DNA of 42,966 bases from a virus. Within the stretch, counting starts at the first letter, position 1. Each line of letters starts with the position of its first letter. The notes under the pieces were generated by a model. It was not told the origin of the DNA, did not search any database, and worked only from the letters and a program-made list of their open reading frames with translations. Position numbers and translations under genes: made by a program. This document shows, piece after piece, positions 41,755 to 42,966 of the stretch. The stretch lies in the IMG/VR virus record IMGVR_UViG_3300045988_093752. One strand, given 5' to 3'.

Positions 41755-42834
41755 ATGCCTATTTATGAGCGCCTACACAATGGAAAGAAACAATGGTGTT
41801 ACCGTTGTTACTATACTGATTTTAATGGAGATCGTGTTCAAAAACATTCCAAATGGTTTAACGCCAGGAAAGAAGCGGTAGCAGCTGAATCTGCTTTTAT
41901 GCAATTGAAAGTTGTTGGAGATCAGAACGTAACCTTCTATGAAGTTACTTTAAAATGGTATGAATTTAAGTCTAGAACATTGAAGCCATCCACACTGGAT
42001 ACTAAAAGAGTATATCTAAATATGTTGTCCCCGCTTAATGATAAGAAGATGGCCAAGATTACATATCTTGATATCGATAACTTTTTCGAATTACCACAGA
42101 TCAAATCTTATAAGTATTCGACCAAAAAAACTTTATTAACTAATCTCAGAAATATCTTTAAATTCGCGAAGAAATACTACGGTATTATCAATGATCCATT
42201 TTTTAAGATGGCACCTTTGGTTAAGCCTGTGTCCACGGAGGCTAAGAAGCTTGAAATCGTACCTAAAAGTGATTTTAAGACACTTTTTGAATATGCGGTA
42301 ACATCTAGAGAGGGAGCATGGAAAGATACGGCATACGCAATTTGGACGATGTATATGACAGGCATGCGTGTATCCGAATGTTTATCTTTAACCTTTGAGG
42401 ATTTTGACGGAAAATACATCCATATTCGCAGACAATATATTCGTGGTAAGTGGCAGACGCCAAAGACCAAGAATTCAATTCGTAAGATTGCAGTCGATGA
42501 AAAGACAAAATCTTTTATTTATGAATTGAAGAAATACTATTCTTCATTTGATGAATTTGAAGAGTCGTGGTTCATTTTTGGTGGATATAGACATATGGAT
42601 CCTGAAATGTTGAGATTAAGAAAAAACAAATTGTGTGCAGAAGCTGGAATCCATGAATTCAATATTCATGCGTTAAGGCACTCGCATGCTTCAAATTTGA
42701 TTGAGGCAGGTGTTAATATGTACAAGATATCGAAACGTCTAGGGCACTCTTCTATACGTACTACAATGGATATTTATGGACACTTGATTGACACTGAAGA
42801 AGAAGAGGTTTTGAATGCAATTTCGAACTTCTAA
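41755..42834 (+). CDS. int: Tyrosine integrase (lysogeny)
   Basis: GMRVSECLSLTFEDF (Arg), HALRHSHASNLIEAG (HxxR) and LGHSSIRTTMDIYGHL (His/Tyr). 359 aa with an N-terminal SAM-like region, GGAGGAA RBS. Confidence 0.9.
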   Translation: MPIYERLHNGKKQWCYRCYYTDFNGDRVQKHSKWFNARKEAVAAESAFMQLKVVGDQNVTFYEVTLKWYEFKSRTLKPSTLDTKRVYLNMLSPLNDKKMAKITYLDIDNFFELPQIKSYKYSTKKTLLTNLRNIFKFAKKYYGIINDPFFKMAPLVKPVSTEAKKLEIVPKSDFKTLFEYAVTSREGAWKDTAYAIWTMYMTGMRVSECLSLTFEDFDGKYIHIRRQYIRGKWQTPKTKNSIRKIAVDEKTKSFIYELKKYYSSFDEFEESWFIFGGYRHMDPEMLRLRKNKLCAEAGIHEFNIHALRHSHASNLIEAGVNMYKISKRLGHSSIRTTMDIYGHLIDTEEEEVLNAISNF

Positions 42835-42843
42835 AAACTCAAA

Positions 42844-42876
42844 AAAGCTAGAGAAAATCTAGCTTTTTATTTTTTT
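42844..42876 (+). terminator. Rho-independent terminator after int
   Basis: aaagctag-agaaaat-ctagcttt followed by a T-rich run. Confidence 0.7.
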
Positions 42877-42911
42877 GAGATATAAATAAGATATAAACGC
42901 TTTACAATGTG

Positions 42912-42966
42912 CTATTTATGCTTTATATAAAGTATATTTTACTTAATCCGTAAATTTTTCGTAGAA
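42912..42966. repeat. Terminal direct repeat, copy 2 (identical to 1-55)
   Basis: 55/55 identity with the window start. Confidence 0.95.

Overview
The window is a complete, tightly packed ~42.9-kb temperate siphovirus-type phage, or a precisely cut prophage, of a low-GC Gram-positive (Bacillota-type) host. Supporting signs are AT-rich DNA, GGAGG-type ribosome-binding sites, and an exact 55-bp direct repeat at both window ends (1-55 = 42912-42966). That repeat could be circular closure, terminal redundancy or an att core. Nearly all genes are on the minus strand, so the map reads right to left. It starts with the lysogeny switch: integrase 41755-42834 (+), a CI-like repressor 39979-40344 (+) co-transcribed with a DUF3644-like protein, and a Cro-like gene 39624-39839 (-). 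Early genes follow, interrupted by two plus-strand morons. Next is a recombination/replication module: YqaJ-like exonuclease, RecT, RusA, a replisome organiser with internal iterons, SSB and a dimeric-dUTPase-like protein. After many small unknown ORFs come an ArpU/RinA-like late regulator and a self-promoted XRE + ImmA/IrrE pair. The packaging and head genes are terS, a terL split by a group I intron carrying a GIY-YIG homing endonuclease, portal, a MuF-like minor head protein fused to an HExxH domain, a phage-encoded Prp-like cysteine protease, scaffold, major capsid and the connectors. The tail genes are the major tail protein, frameshifted chaperones, tape measure, an enlarged Dit, Tal and the tail fibre, followed by holin and endolysin. 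The stand-out is 2415-4198. A second, small tyrosine recombinase sits next to two RBS-less cassettes, inverted relative to the fibre gene, that are alternative versions of the last ~94 aa of the tail fibre. Each cassette starts at a 13-bp sequence that also occurs, inverted, inside the fibre gene. This looks like a shufflon-type, tyrosine-recombinase-driven switch of the receptor-binding tip among three variants. No rRNA, tRNA or CRISPR array was seen. All family assignments come from motif recognition by eye and need HMM or structure confirmation.
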